Source of the DNA: a virus
Virus record (IMG/VR): IMGVR_UViG_3300045988_015973
Location: 1 to 41,632 of that record
Strand: one strand, 5' to 3'
Length of the DNA stretch: 41,632 nt
The notes under the pieces are model-generated. The model was not told the origin of the DNA. It did no database searches and was given only the letters and a program-made list of their open reading frames with translations. This document shows, piece by piece, positions 25,122-33,354 of the stretch (positions within the stretch are counted from its first letter, which is position 1; each line of letters starts with the position of its first letter). Both the position numbers and the translations under genes were made by a program.

Positions 25122-26263
25122 TGGCATACGACAAGGTCGTTGATTCGGCGTCGCTGGATTCGAAGCTGACGCAGGTCGCGGACGCGATCAGGACAAAGGG
25201 CAACACCAGCGCCGATCTGCAATTCCCATCCGGTTTTATCTCCGCCATTCAGGCCATTCAGACCGGTACAGAGCTGAAAATCATCGTGTCTGTGACCTCG
25301 GGCGCAACTGTTACCGCGACAAAAGGAAGCAAGGTCGTGAGTGGCACATCGGTCAACGGAACGTGTACGCTGACTGTTCCGGAGGCCGGTACATGGAGCG
25401 TAAAGGCGACACACAATGGGCAAACGTCCGATGCGAAAAGCGTATCTATCACCGGCATCTATGACGTGACACTCTCTTTTGTGTCGTCCACACTGAACAA
25501 TAACGATTGGGCGACCATCAAGGAGGTATCTGACAAAGGACAGGGCGCGAACTATTGGAGCATTGGCGACAGCAAGGCGGTAACGCTGAACGGCACAGTT
25601 GGCACGTTGACGCTGTCAAACTATACGATCTACGCATTCATTCTGGGGTTTAATCACAATGCCGAGCTTGAAGGCCAAAACCGCATTCACTTCCAGCTGG
25701 GCAAAACCGCACTGTCCGGTGGAACGGACGTTGCGCTATGTGACAGCAAATATAATTCGCAAGTATCCGCGACGGGCTATTTTTCAATGAACAGCAGTGC
25801 AACAAACTCCGGCGGATGGAACTCGTCGCAGATGCGAACAAAAATTTGCGGGACGAGCCTCGCGAGCTATTCCGGAACGATTATTGCAGTCATTCCGGCG
25901 GCGCTCCGTGCCATCATCAAGTCCGTCACAAAGTACACGGACAACACAGGTGCCAGCAGCGACGCAAGCGCGGTGACAGCGACAACGGACTATTTCTTTT
26001 TGCTGGCTGAATACGAAGTATTCGGGACGATCAGCCGAGGGAATCAAAACGAATCCAGCAAACAGGCGCAGTATTCGTATTACAGCGCCGGAAACAGCAA
26101 GGTCAAATACAATCACAGCGCGACAAGCACAGCCGTTGTTTGGTGGCTCCGTTCCCCGTTTGCCGGCAGTTCCACGTATTTCACGCTTGTGATTCCTGAC
26201 GGCACGGTCAGCAACGACAACGCGCACTACTCGATTGGCTTTGCCCCCGGCTTTTGCGTATGA
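25121..26263 (+). CDS. Receptor-binding/tail fibre protein (C-terminal DUF6273-like domain, from memory)
   Basis: TGATG overlap with the collagen gene. N-terminus reads LTQVADAIRTKGNTSADLQFPSGFISAI. C-terminal region reads DYFFLLAEYEVFG...WWLRSP. Confidence 0.65.
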   Translation: MAYDKVVDSASLDSKLTQVADAIRTKGNTSADLQFPSGFISAIQAIQTGTELKIIVSVTSGATVTATKGSKVVSGTSVNGTCTLTVPEAGTWSVKATHNGQTSDAKSVSITGIYDVTLSFVSSTLNNNDWATIKEVSDKGQGANYWSIGDSKAVTLNGTVGTLTLSNYTIYAFILGFNHNAELEGQNRIHFQLGKTALSGGTDVALCDSKYNSQVSATGYFSMNSSATNSGGWNSSQMRTKICGTSLASYSGTIIAVIPAALRAIIKSVTKYTDNTGASSDASAVTATTDYFFLLAEYEVFGTISRGNQNESSKQAQYSYYSAGNSKVKYNHSATSTAVVWWLRSPFAGSSTYFTLVIPDGTVSNDNAHYSIGFAPGFCV

Positions 26264-26272
26264 GGTACGAAT

Positions 26273-26641
26273 ATGGAATACATCACATATAGGAGATTCA
26301 AGGGCAAAAGTCTTTCCGGGGAGATCAATATTCCGTTCGGCACGATTTTGCAGGAGCATGAAAAATTCCTCTATCTCAACGGCAAGCAGATTTGCTGTGT
26401 AACAAGTGAAAACGGTTGGGAGCACTTCCGTCCCAACACCGACGAGGGGCAGAGACGGCAAGCGATGTTGGAAAAGCTCTACAGATGGTATGAGAAGCAT
26501 GGATGCGGCGAGGACTTTGTAGATGAGCTATGGCCGGGACAGGAAAACGGCTACTGGAAGAATCGGCTGCGGACGGCCAGCACAGAGCGATTGGAAAAAA
26601 TCTATCAAGAGAAATTCGGGGTGATGCCATGTATGCAGTAA
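26273..26641 (+). CDS. Hypothetical protein (fibre/lysis junction)
   Basis: 122 aa with SD gaggt. Confidence 0.6.
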   Translation: MEYITYRRFKGKSLSGEINIPFGTILQEHEKFLYLNGKQICCVTSENGWEHFRPNTDEGQRRQAMLEKLYRWYEKHGCGEDFVDELWPGQENGYWKNRLRTASTERLEKIYQEKFGVMPCMQ

Positions 26642-26940
26642 AAAAAGATGGTGCGTTTGCCGGGTATGCGGACAGCATTGTGCTCATCCGACTGCACAGC
26701 AACGGTTGCTATGTACCGTGCAAAGAAGATCAGGCAGAGGGCTTTTGTGCGAAGATGGCCGTGACGCTGGACGACGAGGACGGGAAGGAATATCAGGCAC
26801 TTTCTGACACGGTGTTCCGGCTGGCGGGCAAGCTGCTGAAAGGCACAGAGCCGGAGGGCAGCTATGAGGAAATGGGCGCGGCGATCCCACTGACAGACGC
26901 GGAGAACGCGATCAATATTTTACTGGGGGTGAGCGAATGA
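26629..26940 (+). CDS. Hypothetical protein
   Basis: ATG 26629 lies inside track ORF 26530..26940 (MYAVKKDGAF...). Confidence 0.5.
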   Translation: MYAVKKDGAFAGYADSIVLIRLHSNGCYVPCKEDQAEGFCAKMAVTLDDEDGKEYQALSDTVFRLAGKLLKGTEPEGSYEEMGAAIPLTDAENAINILLGVSE

Positions 26941-27371
26941 CGCAGACAGAACGCGCAAGACAGCTGCGGCCCTATATCGTCAAGGCTTCGGCCAGCCTGA
27001 CGGATGCGGACGCCGTGAAGGCAAAGGAGCTGTATGACCGCTGGGCGGCAGGAATGTCCGTGGAGGTCAACGACCGGCTGGTCTATGCAGACAGGCTCTA
27101 TCGCGTGACACAGGCCCACACGACACAGGAGGGCTGGGAGCCGGACAAAGTCCCGGCGCTGTTTACCGTCATCGACGAGACCCACGCGGGCACACAGGAC
27201 GACCCCATCCCCGCCGCGAAGGGCATGGAGTACACCTACGGCCTGTATTACACCGATCCGGAGGACGGCAAGCTCTACCGCTGCGAACGGACGGGCGAGC
27301 AGCCGGGCGGCAAGGTGACGCTTCAGTTCCTGCCTCATGAGCTGGTGGGGCTGTATTTTACCGAAGTATAA
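26937..27371 (+). CDS. Hypothetical protein with CBM5/12-like aromatic motif
   Basis: ATGA overlap with the upstream gene. The motif LYRVTQAHTTQEGWEPDKVPALF resembles carbohydrate-binding modules. Confidence 0.55.
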   Translation: MTQTERARQLRPYIVKASASLTDADAVKAKELYDRWAAGMSVEVNDRLVYADRLYRVTQAHTTQEGWEPDKVPALFTVIDETHAGTQDDPIPAAKGMEYTYGLYYTDPEDGKLYRCERTGEQPGGKVTLQFLPHELVGLYFTEV

Positions 27372-27383
27372 AGGAGAAAAGAG

Positions 27384-27680
27384 ATGGATGATGGAATTCA
27401 GGCAAAGATCGCCGAAATCGAGGCCCGCAGCAAGAGCAACACGCACCGCATCAACGACTTAGAGGAGGACAACCGGGCGCTGCACACGCTGGCGACGTCG
27501 GTCGAAGTCCTCGCCACAAAGCAGGAGACAATCGAGGCCAATATCAGCGAGATCAAGACGGATGTCAAGGCGTTAAAGGCCGTGCCGGGGAGCAAGTGGG
27601 AGGCGCTGGTCAAGGCGGTTGTGACAGCCATTGTGGGGGCGCTGGTCGGCTTCGCGCTGGCCCATGCGGGGATTGTATGA
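27384..27680 (+). CDS. xhlA: XhlA-like lysis protein (coiled coil plus C-terminal TM)
   Basis: 98 aa with an N-terminal coiled coil and the C-terminal segment WEALVKAVVTAIVGALVGFALAHAG. Lies upstream of holin-like genes and the amidase, as in PBSX. Confidence 0.7.
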   Translation: MDDGIQAKIAEIEARSKSNTHRINDLEEDNRALHTLATSVEVLATKQETIEANISEIKTDVKALKAVPGSKWEALVKAVVTAIVGALVGFALAHAGIV

Positions 27681-27928
27681 GGCGCATCCGGAAAAGCCAC
27701 CTGACGAAGGGCAAGATGGCACGGCAGCTGGTGTATTTCTGCATCTGGGTGCTGTTCGGCGTGCTGCTCTGGGCGGCGGCGGTGAAGACGGCAGCGCTGG
27801 CGACGGGCCGGGATGTAGACTTATCCGACGTCCTGACTTTCGCCGGAGCGGCGTTTGGCGGGGAGCTGCTGATGCTCCTTGCGAAGAGAGTATTTGCAAA
27901 AAAATCGGACGACGAAGGGAGTACATAA
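27677..27928 (+). CDS. Two-TM small membrane protein (holin-like)
   Basis: ATGA overlap with xhlA. Two hydrophobic helices and a charged C-terminus. ATG 27716 is an alternative start. Confidence 0.55.
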   Translation: MRRIRKSHLTKGKMARQLVYFCIWVLFGVLLWAAAVKTAALATGRDVDLSDVLTFAGAAFGGELLMLLAKRVFAKKSDDEGST

Positions 27929-27929
27929 C

Positions 27930-28154
27930 ATGGAAAAGATCATGAAACGGCTTTCGAATCTGCTGAGCGTCAAGAGCCTTGTGACGCTGCTGCTGACGGT
28001 GGTGTTTACGGTGCTGGCGCTCCGGGGCGATATCACAGGGAAAGACTTCTTGACGATCTTCCTGATGGTCATCACGTTCTATTTCGGCACGCAGTCGCAG
28101 AAGGCGCAGGACGCGATGGACGCGAAGGGTGACGACAATGGCACTGAAAATTAA
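27930..28154 (+). CDS. Putative holin
   Basis: 74 aa with two TM helices (LVTLLLTVVFTVLAL and FLTIFLMVITFYFG) and a charged tail. Overlaps the amidase start. Confidence 0.6.
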   Translation: MEKIMKRLSNLLSVKSLVTLLLTVVFTVLALRGDITGKDFLTIFLMVITFYFGTQSQKAQDAMDAKGDDNGTEN

Positions 28155-28818
28155 CGATACAATTCGGGCAACGAGAGTGGGCGGGCGGCGTCCGCTCTCG
28201 GCCATCCGGGCAATCGTGTTCCACTACACGGCGAATACCGGTCTGCACGCGACGGCGCTCGGCAATGCCAGGTACTTCGCGAACGGCAGCGAGGGACGCG
28301 CCGCTTCGGCGCATTTCGTGGTCGACGAGGGTGATACCGTTTACCAGTGTGTGCCGCTGGACGTGGTCGCATGGGCAGTTGGAGACGGCAGGAGCGGCAA
28401 ATACGGCAAGGTATACAACAACTACAACACCGTTTCCATCGAGATGGTGAGCCACACAGACGCTTCCGGTAAGTACTACATCCCGGAGGCGACGATGCGC
28501 AATGCCGCGCGGCTTTATCAAATGCTGCTGAAGCAGCTGCCGGGCGTGCAGGCCGCAATCCGGCACTATGACATTTCGATGAAACTGTGTCCGCTGCCGC
28601 TGATTGACGAAAAGAAATGGGCGGACTTTAAGAAGCTCTTGGAGGAGGTAGACGAAGTGGTAACAAAGGCAAAGATGATCATTGACGGCAAGGAGATCGA
28701 GGTCGAACGGATCTTAAAGGACGGCACGAATTACATCAAAATTCGCGATATTGCAAAGGCGCTCGATCTGGATGTGTCGAATAAGGGGAACATTCCCATT
28801 CTGAATCATAAGCAGTAA
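28138..28818 (+). CDS. N-acetylmuramoyl-L-alanine amidase endolysin (Amidase_2/PGRP type) with C-terminal wall-binding-like domain
   Basis: IVFHYTAN...ASAHFVVD...NTVSIEM...IRHYDIS.KLCP matches the Amidase_2 pattern. The C-terminal IDGKEIEVERILKDGTNYIKIRDIAKAL is copper-amine-oxidase-N-like. Confidence 0.85.
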   Translation: MALKINDTIRATRVGGRRPLSAIRAIVFHYTANTGLHATALGNARYFANGSEGRAASAHFVVDEGDTVYQCVPLDVVAWAVGDGRSGKYGKVYNNYNTVSIEMVSHTDASGKYYIPEATMRNAARLYQMLLKQLPGVQAAIRHYDISMKLCPLPLIDEKKWADFKKLLEEVDEVVTKAKMIIDGKEIEVERILKDGTNYIKIRDIAKALDLDVSNKGNIPILNHKQ

Positions 28819-28843
28819 AGCCCAGCGTGCCGCGCCACCCGGA

Positions 28844-29110
28844 TTGGAGGTGGTGACGATCAGCGCGAGGGTGCGGATTCCGGATGACTTGGACGGCCTG
28901 CTGCAATGCGAGTGGGAGCAGATCATAGCACAGGCAGGTTACAGTGAGCAGGACGCGGAGATCGTCCGGCGCTATGTCGTGGGCAAGATGCCGCAAATTG
29001 ATATCGCGGTGGAGCTTGACATGGCGCGGAGCACGATCACCCGCAGACTGCCGCAGATCTACGCACGAGCGCGGCACACGGCAGCAAAGCTGCAAATGAT
29101 AAGTGAGTAA
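28844..29110 (+). CDS. Small sigma-70 region-4-like HTH protein
   Basis: EQDAEIVRRYVVGKMPQIDIAVELDMARSTITRRL resembles sigma region 4. The start is uncertain (TTG 28844, or GTG 28850/28853). Confidence 0.45.
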   Translation: MEVVTISARVRIPDDLDGLLQCEWEQIIAQAGYSEQDAEIVRRYVVGKMPQIDIAVELDMARSTITRRLPQIYARARHTAAKLQMISE

Positions 29111-29135
29111 CAGATACAAGATATTGTGACGGTAC

Positions 29136-29176
29136 AAAAAGCCCCCGGCAGGAGTGATCCTGTCGGGGGTGCTTTT
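29136..29176. terminator. Bidirectional terminator between convergent genes
   Basis: Stem gcccccggcagg / cctgtcgggggt is 12 bp with G-U pairs, loop agtgat, flanked by A5 and T4. Confidence 0.7.
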
Positions 29177-29903
29177 ATGCCTCGTTGGAGGTTTTTCCCA
29201 CACTTATTCTTTTGTAGGCACCAACGGCCTGCGCAAGCAAGAGCCGGAGGTAATCCGGGCAGGAACGGCGGGAGCCTTCCCAATCTTCAAGAGTCCGCCT
29301 CGGGATGCAGAAGAAATCGCTGAACGCCTGCTGCGAAAGCCCGGAAAAAGCGCGAATCTCGCGGACGGACATGTGCGCTACGTCCCACAGCTCGCCGAGA
29401 ATGCGATCACGATCTTCCGGGGAAGCTGCCTCCGGATTATCTGCGGAGCTTGGCAACACGCGACCGGATACAAAATCATCGCGGCTCTCTGTGGAAATTG
29501 CCTTGTGCCACAAGAGGCTGAACTGCTTATATTCATGCTCCAAAGCCTCTTTCCGCTTCTTATCTTCGAGTTCCCGTTCCAACGCAGCCTTTTCTCGCCT
29601 CTTGGCGTTAATACTATCCTTGTTTTTGGCGTACCACGCACGATGTTTTGCATAATATTTCTCAGGATCGGCTTTTTGATCCAGTGCGTGTAATTGCCGC
29701 TGCCGTTTGGCTAGGCACTCATTTGAGCAGCACTTGTGCCGCCTGCCATCCAGCGGGAACGGCTTCCCACAAACTATGCATTCCGCATACGCAAAAACAA
29801 CTTCGCACGATGCGGCTTCCGGCTTCCTCCGACATTTTGGGCAACAGGTATTCCGAATTTGTCCATCGAAGTGCGCGCCGCAAAGCGCGCAGACCCGATC
29901 CAT
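29175..29903 (-). CDS. Double zinc-ribbon plus C-terminal XRE/MqsA-like HTH regulator
   Basis: N-terminal CALCG..CCPKCR and CIVCG..CCSNEC, a central coiled coil, and C-terminal IRAFSGLSQQAFSDFFCIPRRTLEDWEGSRRSCPDYLRLLL. Confidence 0.7.
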   Translation of the reverse strand: MDRVCALCGAHFDGQIRNTCCPKCRRKPEAASCEVVFAYAECIVCGKPFPLDGRRHKCCSNECLAKRQRQLHALDQKADPEKYYAKHRAWYAKNKDSINAKRREKAALERELEDKKRKEALEHEYKQFSLLWHKAISTESRDDFVSGRVLPSSADNPEAASPEDRDRILGELWDVAHMSVREIRAFSGLSQQAFSDFFCIPRRTLEDWEGSRRSCPDYLRLLLAQAVGAYKRISVGKTSNEA

Positions 29904-30190
29904 TATTTAATCCCCCATGCTGCGAGGGTGTCGCGGATGTACTCCGTATCTTCCTCACTCAGAGCTTCCCACGGAGTCGCCGGATCAGAGATGATTCTGG
30001 ATATCTCTGCAATCACCCCATCGCAGCCTGCATCCTCAAGCGCATTGAGGCACATCGGCTCGCCGGATGTCTCGGCAAGCCAGCCGCCGTAGACGGCATC
30101 AACATCGGCGTACAGAGCGAACTGCTCGTTGCCGTCGTGACGGGAAACGAAAGCGGAATTGAAGCTGAACTGGATGTAAGTCTTTTTCAT
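29903..30190 (-). CDS. Highly acidic 95-aa protein (candidate anti-defence protein)
   Basis: Strong SD gggagg. Contains 17 Asp/Glu versus 6 Lys/Arg (hand count). Its TAA shares one nt with the ATG of the downstream regulator. Confidence 0.65.
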   Translation of the reverse strand: MKKTYIQFSFNSAFVSRHDGNEQFALYADVDAVYGGWLAETSGEPMCLNALEDAGCDGVIAEISRIISDPATPWEALSEEDTEYIRDTLAAWGIK

Positions 30191-30236
30191 TTTGTTTTCC
30201 TCCCTGGCTTACGCCTCGTTTTTATCTTATGGCTAT

Positions 30237-30265
30237 ACAATACCACGCAATGCGTGGAATGTCAA
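30237..30265 (-). promoter_or_regulatory. Promoter of the acidic-protein/regulator operon
   Basis: On the minus strand: TTGACA, 17-nt spacer, (TGg)TATTGT. The spacer contains the palindrome. Confidence 0.6.
30243..30257. promoter_or_regulatory. Perfect 15-bp palindromic operator CCACGCAATGCGTGG
   Basis: Read directly. Lies between the -35 and -10 elements. ACGCA / TGCGT half-sites recur at 30298-30302, 30316-30320 and 30338-30342. Confidence 0.6.
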
Positions 30266-30420
30266 GTGCAATTTGCAAAAAACTGAAAATAAATCGCACG
30301 CAAATGCTGCATAAATGCGTCGCTCATGCTACCTTCGTGCGTCCCTTAGAAATTTGAAATCCCTCATACTGAACGTAGGAACTGGCCAGTTCACTACATT
30401 TTTTCGGAGGGATTTTTTAC

Positions 30421-30993
30421 ATGGAATACGCAAGCAACGGCAAGGCCAATGCGGCCCTTACCACTGGTATCATCGGCACGGCGGGCGTCGGTCTTGGACT
30501 GCTCGGCAATCTGCTCGGCGGAGGCTGGAACGGATGGGGTGTAAATCCGGCTGCGGTGGCTGCGGGGTGCAGCGAGAATATGCCGGTCACACGCTACGAG
30601 CTCGACCGGGAGCAGAAGCTGGCCGCGAAGGACAGCGAGATCGCGATGCTCAAGGCCAACACCTACAACGATCAAAAGTCGCTGGAGATGTACGCCTATA
30701 TCGACGGACAGCTGAAGGACATCCGCAAGTCGATCTGCGATCAGGCAGTCCACAACCAGCGCACTGAGGACAGCTTCGTGCTGGCCCGCCAGGACATCGC
30801 ATCGGTCAAGTCCGAACTTCACCGCGAGATCGAGATGGAGGCCGAGCGGCGCTGCTGCGGTGACAACAGCATCGTAACGTATGCCAACGCAACCTTTTAC
30901 CCCAAGCAGGTCGCCGACATCACCACCGGCACCGCAACGACGGCGCAGACGCTCTACAATCCGCTTCCAAAGTGCGGCTGCTGCAACAAGTAA
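30421..30993 (+). CDS. Hypothetical membrane/coiled-coil protein with C-terminal CGCC motif
   Basis: 190 aa with an N-terminal Gly-zipper hydrophobic segment (TTGIIGTAGVGLGLLGNLLGGG) and a central coiled coil. Ends in PLPKCGCCNK. SD ggaggg. Confidence 0.65.
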   Translation: MEYASNGKANAALTTGIIGTAGVGLGLLGNLLGGGWNGWGVNPAAVAAGCSENMPVTRYELDREQKLAAKDSEIAMLKANTYNDQKSLEMYAYIDGQLKDIRKSICDQAVHNQRTEDSFVLARQDIASVKSELHREIEMEAERRCCGDNSIVTYANATFYPKQVADITTGTATTAQTLYNPLPKCGCCNK

Positions 30994-31043
30994 ACGCAAG
31001 GGGCGGCAATAGCCGCCCCACCTTAAAATGGAGGTAAACCAAT

Positions 31044-31382
31044 ATGGTGACAATAGATCAGGCCATGCGCGGAATTTTGCGTTTTTTTGATACGGTAGCA
31101 TCTCCACATATGGACGAGGTGCGGTCGTTTGTGGCAGGCGTTGGGCTGTCTTTGCTGGCAGACGGCAGCAAAGAGCAACTGCTTGTGCTGAAAGATAACC
31201 CTTGGATCAAAGCGATGCGGATTATGGATGAGCACGGAGATGTTGATATTGACAGACTCTATAATAAGGCAAGGCCACGGCTCGATGGGCGAAAACTCCC
31301 GATAAAGATTCCGTTTATCGGCAAGCTAACTTTTGCTGCGGACGACCTCGACAGTCTATACAAATACATTCAGGAGGCGTAA
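31044..31382 (+). CDS. Hypothetical protein
   Basis: 112 aa with SD ggagg 9 nt upstream. Confidence 0.6.
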   Translation: MVTIDQAMRGILRFFDTVASPHMDEVRSFVAGVGLSLLADGSKEQLLVLKDNPWIKAMRIMDEHGDVDIDRLYNKARPRLDGRKLPIKIPFIGKLTFAADDLDSLYKYIQEA

Positions 31383-31383
31383 A

Positions 31384-31845
31384 ATGAAGCATTATATCGA
31401 AGAACTGAAACGGCAGCTGCATGAGATCATGGAGCGCCCGGCGACGCTGGGGCGCGCGGAAGAAGTCACGGTGTACGCGGATGCCATTTGTGCGCTGCAC
31501 AAGATGGGGAGTCACGAGGATGGAGAGGACACAGAATTCACCCGCGAGGACGCTGAAAAGTGGGTATCGCACATGGAGAACGAGGACGGCACGACCGGTG
31601 CACACTGGACGATGGGCCAGACGGACGCTGTGGCCAACGTCGCAGGCGTCCATGAGAAGTCCTGCATCTGGTGGGCGGCAATGAACATGATGTACTCGGA
31701 CTATTACGGCGTAGCTGCCAAGTACGGCCTCGACCGGCCGGAGTTCTACGCCGACCTCGCCAAAGCGTTCCTGATGGACAAGGACGCCGGAGGCCCGGAG
31801 GCGAAGATGGCCGGGTATTATCATGGGGTTGTGCTGAGAAAGTGA
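31384..31845 (+). CDS. Hypothetical protein (conserved-looking W..MENEDGTTGAHW / MNMMYSDYY motifs)
   Basis: ATG 31384 follows ggaggcgtaaa, inside track ORF 31333..31845. Lies 1 nt after the upstream stop. Confidence 0.65.
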   Translation: MKHYIEELKRQLHEIMERPATLGRAEEVTVYADAICALHKMGSHEDGEDTEFTREDAEKWVSHMENEDGTTGAHWTMGQTDAVANVAGVHEKSCIWWAAMNMMYSDYYGVAAKYGLDRPEFYADLAKAFLMDKDAGGPEAKMAGYYHGVVLRK

Positions 31846-31857
31846 TTTCAATTATTA

Positions 31858-31897
31858 TAGCAAGATGGAGTATGGTGGGCCATACTCCATCTTGCTA
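31858..31897. repeat. Perfect 18-bp inverted repeat with 4-nt spacer (attP candidate or U-tract-less terminator)
   Basis: Arms are tagcaagatggagtatgg and ccatactccatcttgcta with spacer tggg. Lies 12 nt beyond the integrase stop, between convergent genes. Confidence 0.8.
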
Positions 31898-31908
31898 CAA
31901 TTAAGGCA

Positions 31909-33354
31909 TCAGAAAATGAATTTATAAGAGATCGCGAGGAGCATCTGGGATTTGTCGAAGGTGCAGCGGTCGATGATGGACATGGCGGATTCGTACTTTT
32001 GCGCGACGGTGGCTGTTGGACTACGGAGCGTTTCGAGGACGGCGGCGATGGCATTTCGAAGCAGCGCGGCGGCATCGACGACGGGGACGGCTGCGGATTC
32101 GGAAATTTGCGCGTCGAGGTCGTCAAGCTGCGCTTGCATTTGCTGCCGGGCGGCTTTATAGGTTTCCAGCGTCTCGACGCCGTCTAAGTAAGATTCACGC
32201 AGGCGATCAATACGGGAGACGATACGGGCACGCTGCTGCTGCAAGCGCTGGTCGGAATGAGCGGGTTTTGCGGCTTGAACAACGCAAGCGACAGACTCCG
32301 CGAACGTCAAATCGTGCTGAAGCTGGGCAAGGAAGGATTCTTCCAGTGCCTCGACGGCGATATGCTGGGCGGTCGTGCAGCGTCCGTGCGCATAGTTGTT
32401 ACATTTCATAAAATGCGGACCTGCCCAAATGAGCGTCGCGCCGCAGGTAGAGCAGCGGACAACACCGCATAGCCAGTGCTTGCGCTCAGAGGATGGCTTG
32501 CCATAACGCTTATAGGATTTTTTTAGTTCGGCACAGCGAGCCTGCGCCGCGTCCCACGTTTCGGCATCGATGATTGGTTCGTGCAGCGCGTCGGCGATGA
32601 TGCTGTCCTCGTTCTTGAAATTTCGGTGTGTCCTGCCGGTCGGCGTCCAGCGGAGCTTACCGAGGTAGACGGGGTTATTCAGGATATAATCAATGGTGCG
32701 GTTTTCAAACGGATTTCCGCGATGTGTACGGACGCCCCGGGCGCTCAGATCTTTCGCGATGCGAAACATGGCATCACCGGAGATGAAGCGCCGGAAGATC
32801 TCTCGGATGATATCGGCTTCTTCCGGGACGATGACCAGTTGCCGGTTTTCTACGCGGTAGCCGAAGGATGGTGTAGATTGCAGGGTGCCATTCTTTGCAT
32901 TGACGGTCATGGAGCGCTTGACTTCCTCCGCAAGGCGGACGGAGTAGAATTCGTCCATCCACTCAATGATCCGCTCGATCAGGCTGCCGAAGGGGCCAGC
33001 GATCAGCGGCTCGGAGACGGACACCACATCGACCTTGCACTTGCTGCGCAAGATGGATTTATAGAAAATGGATTCCTCCTGATTGCGGGCAAAGCGGGAG
33101 AACTTCCAGACGATGATGGTGTCGAAGGGGTGTGACGGGTCTTTGGCGGTGGCGATCATCTGCTGGAAGCCGGGGCGCTTTTCAGCAGCCCGGCCGGAAA
33201 TGCCATCGTCGTGGAAGATGTATTCTGAGAGCAGGAGCAGGCCGTTCTTCGCGGCGTATTCCCGGATCTTCTCCATCTGGGAATCCGGGGACAGCTCCAT
33301 TTGGTCATCGGTTGAGACGCGGACATAGGCAGCTGCAATGCGTGGTTCAGGCAT
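31909..33354 (-). CDS. Large serine recombinase (integrase)
   Basis: The ATG at 33354 gives MPEPRIAAAYVRVSTDDQ (catalytic Ser motif). Also has a recombinase domain and a Cys cluster (CGVVRCSTCG...CNNYAHGRC) followed by a coiled coil. The track ORF N-terminal extension was rejected. Confidence 0.9.
   Translation of the reverse strand: MPEPRIAAAYVRVSTDDQMELSPDSQMEKIREYAAKNGLLLLSEYIFHDDGISGRAAEKRPGFQQMIATAKDPSHPFDTIIVWKFSRFARNQEESIFYKSILRSKCKVDVVSVSEPLIAGPFGSLIERIIEWMDEFYSVRLAEEVKRSMTVNAKNGTLQSTPSFGYRVENRQLVIVPEEADIIREIFRRFISGDAMFRIAKDLSARGVRTHRGNPFENRTIDYILNNPVYLGKLRWTPTGRTHRNFKNEDSIIADALHEPIIDAETWDAAQARCAELKKSYKRYGKPSSERKHWLCGVVRCSTCGATLIWAGPHFMKCNNYAHGRCTTAQHIAVEALEESFLAQLQHDLTFAESVACVVQAAKPAHSDQRLQQQRARIVSRIDRLRESYLDGVETLETYKAARQQMQAQLDDLDAQISESAAVPVVDAAALLRNAIAAVLETLRSPTATVAQKYESAMSIIDRCTFDKSQMLLAISYKFIF

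Noticed and set aside
29903-30190. 95-aa protein as an MqsR/RelE-type toxin
   Set aside because: The gene order and the Zn-HTH partner fit MqsRA. However, the protein has a net charge of about -11 and lacks basic RNase-like motifs, so an anti-defence (Acr-like/DNA-mimic) role is favoured. The TA alternative is kept only as a test.
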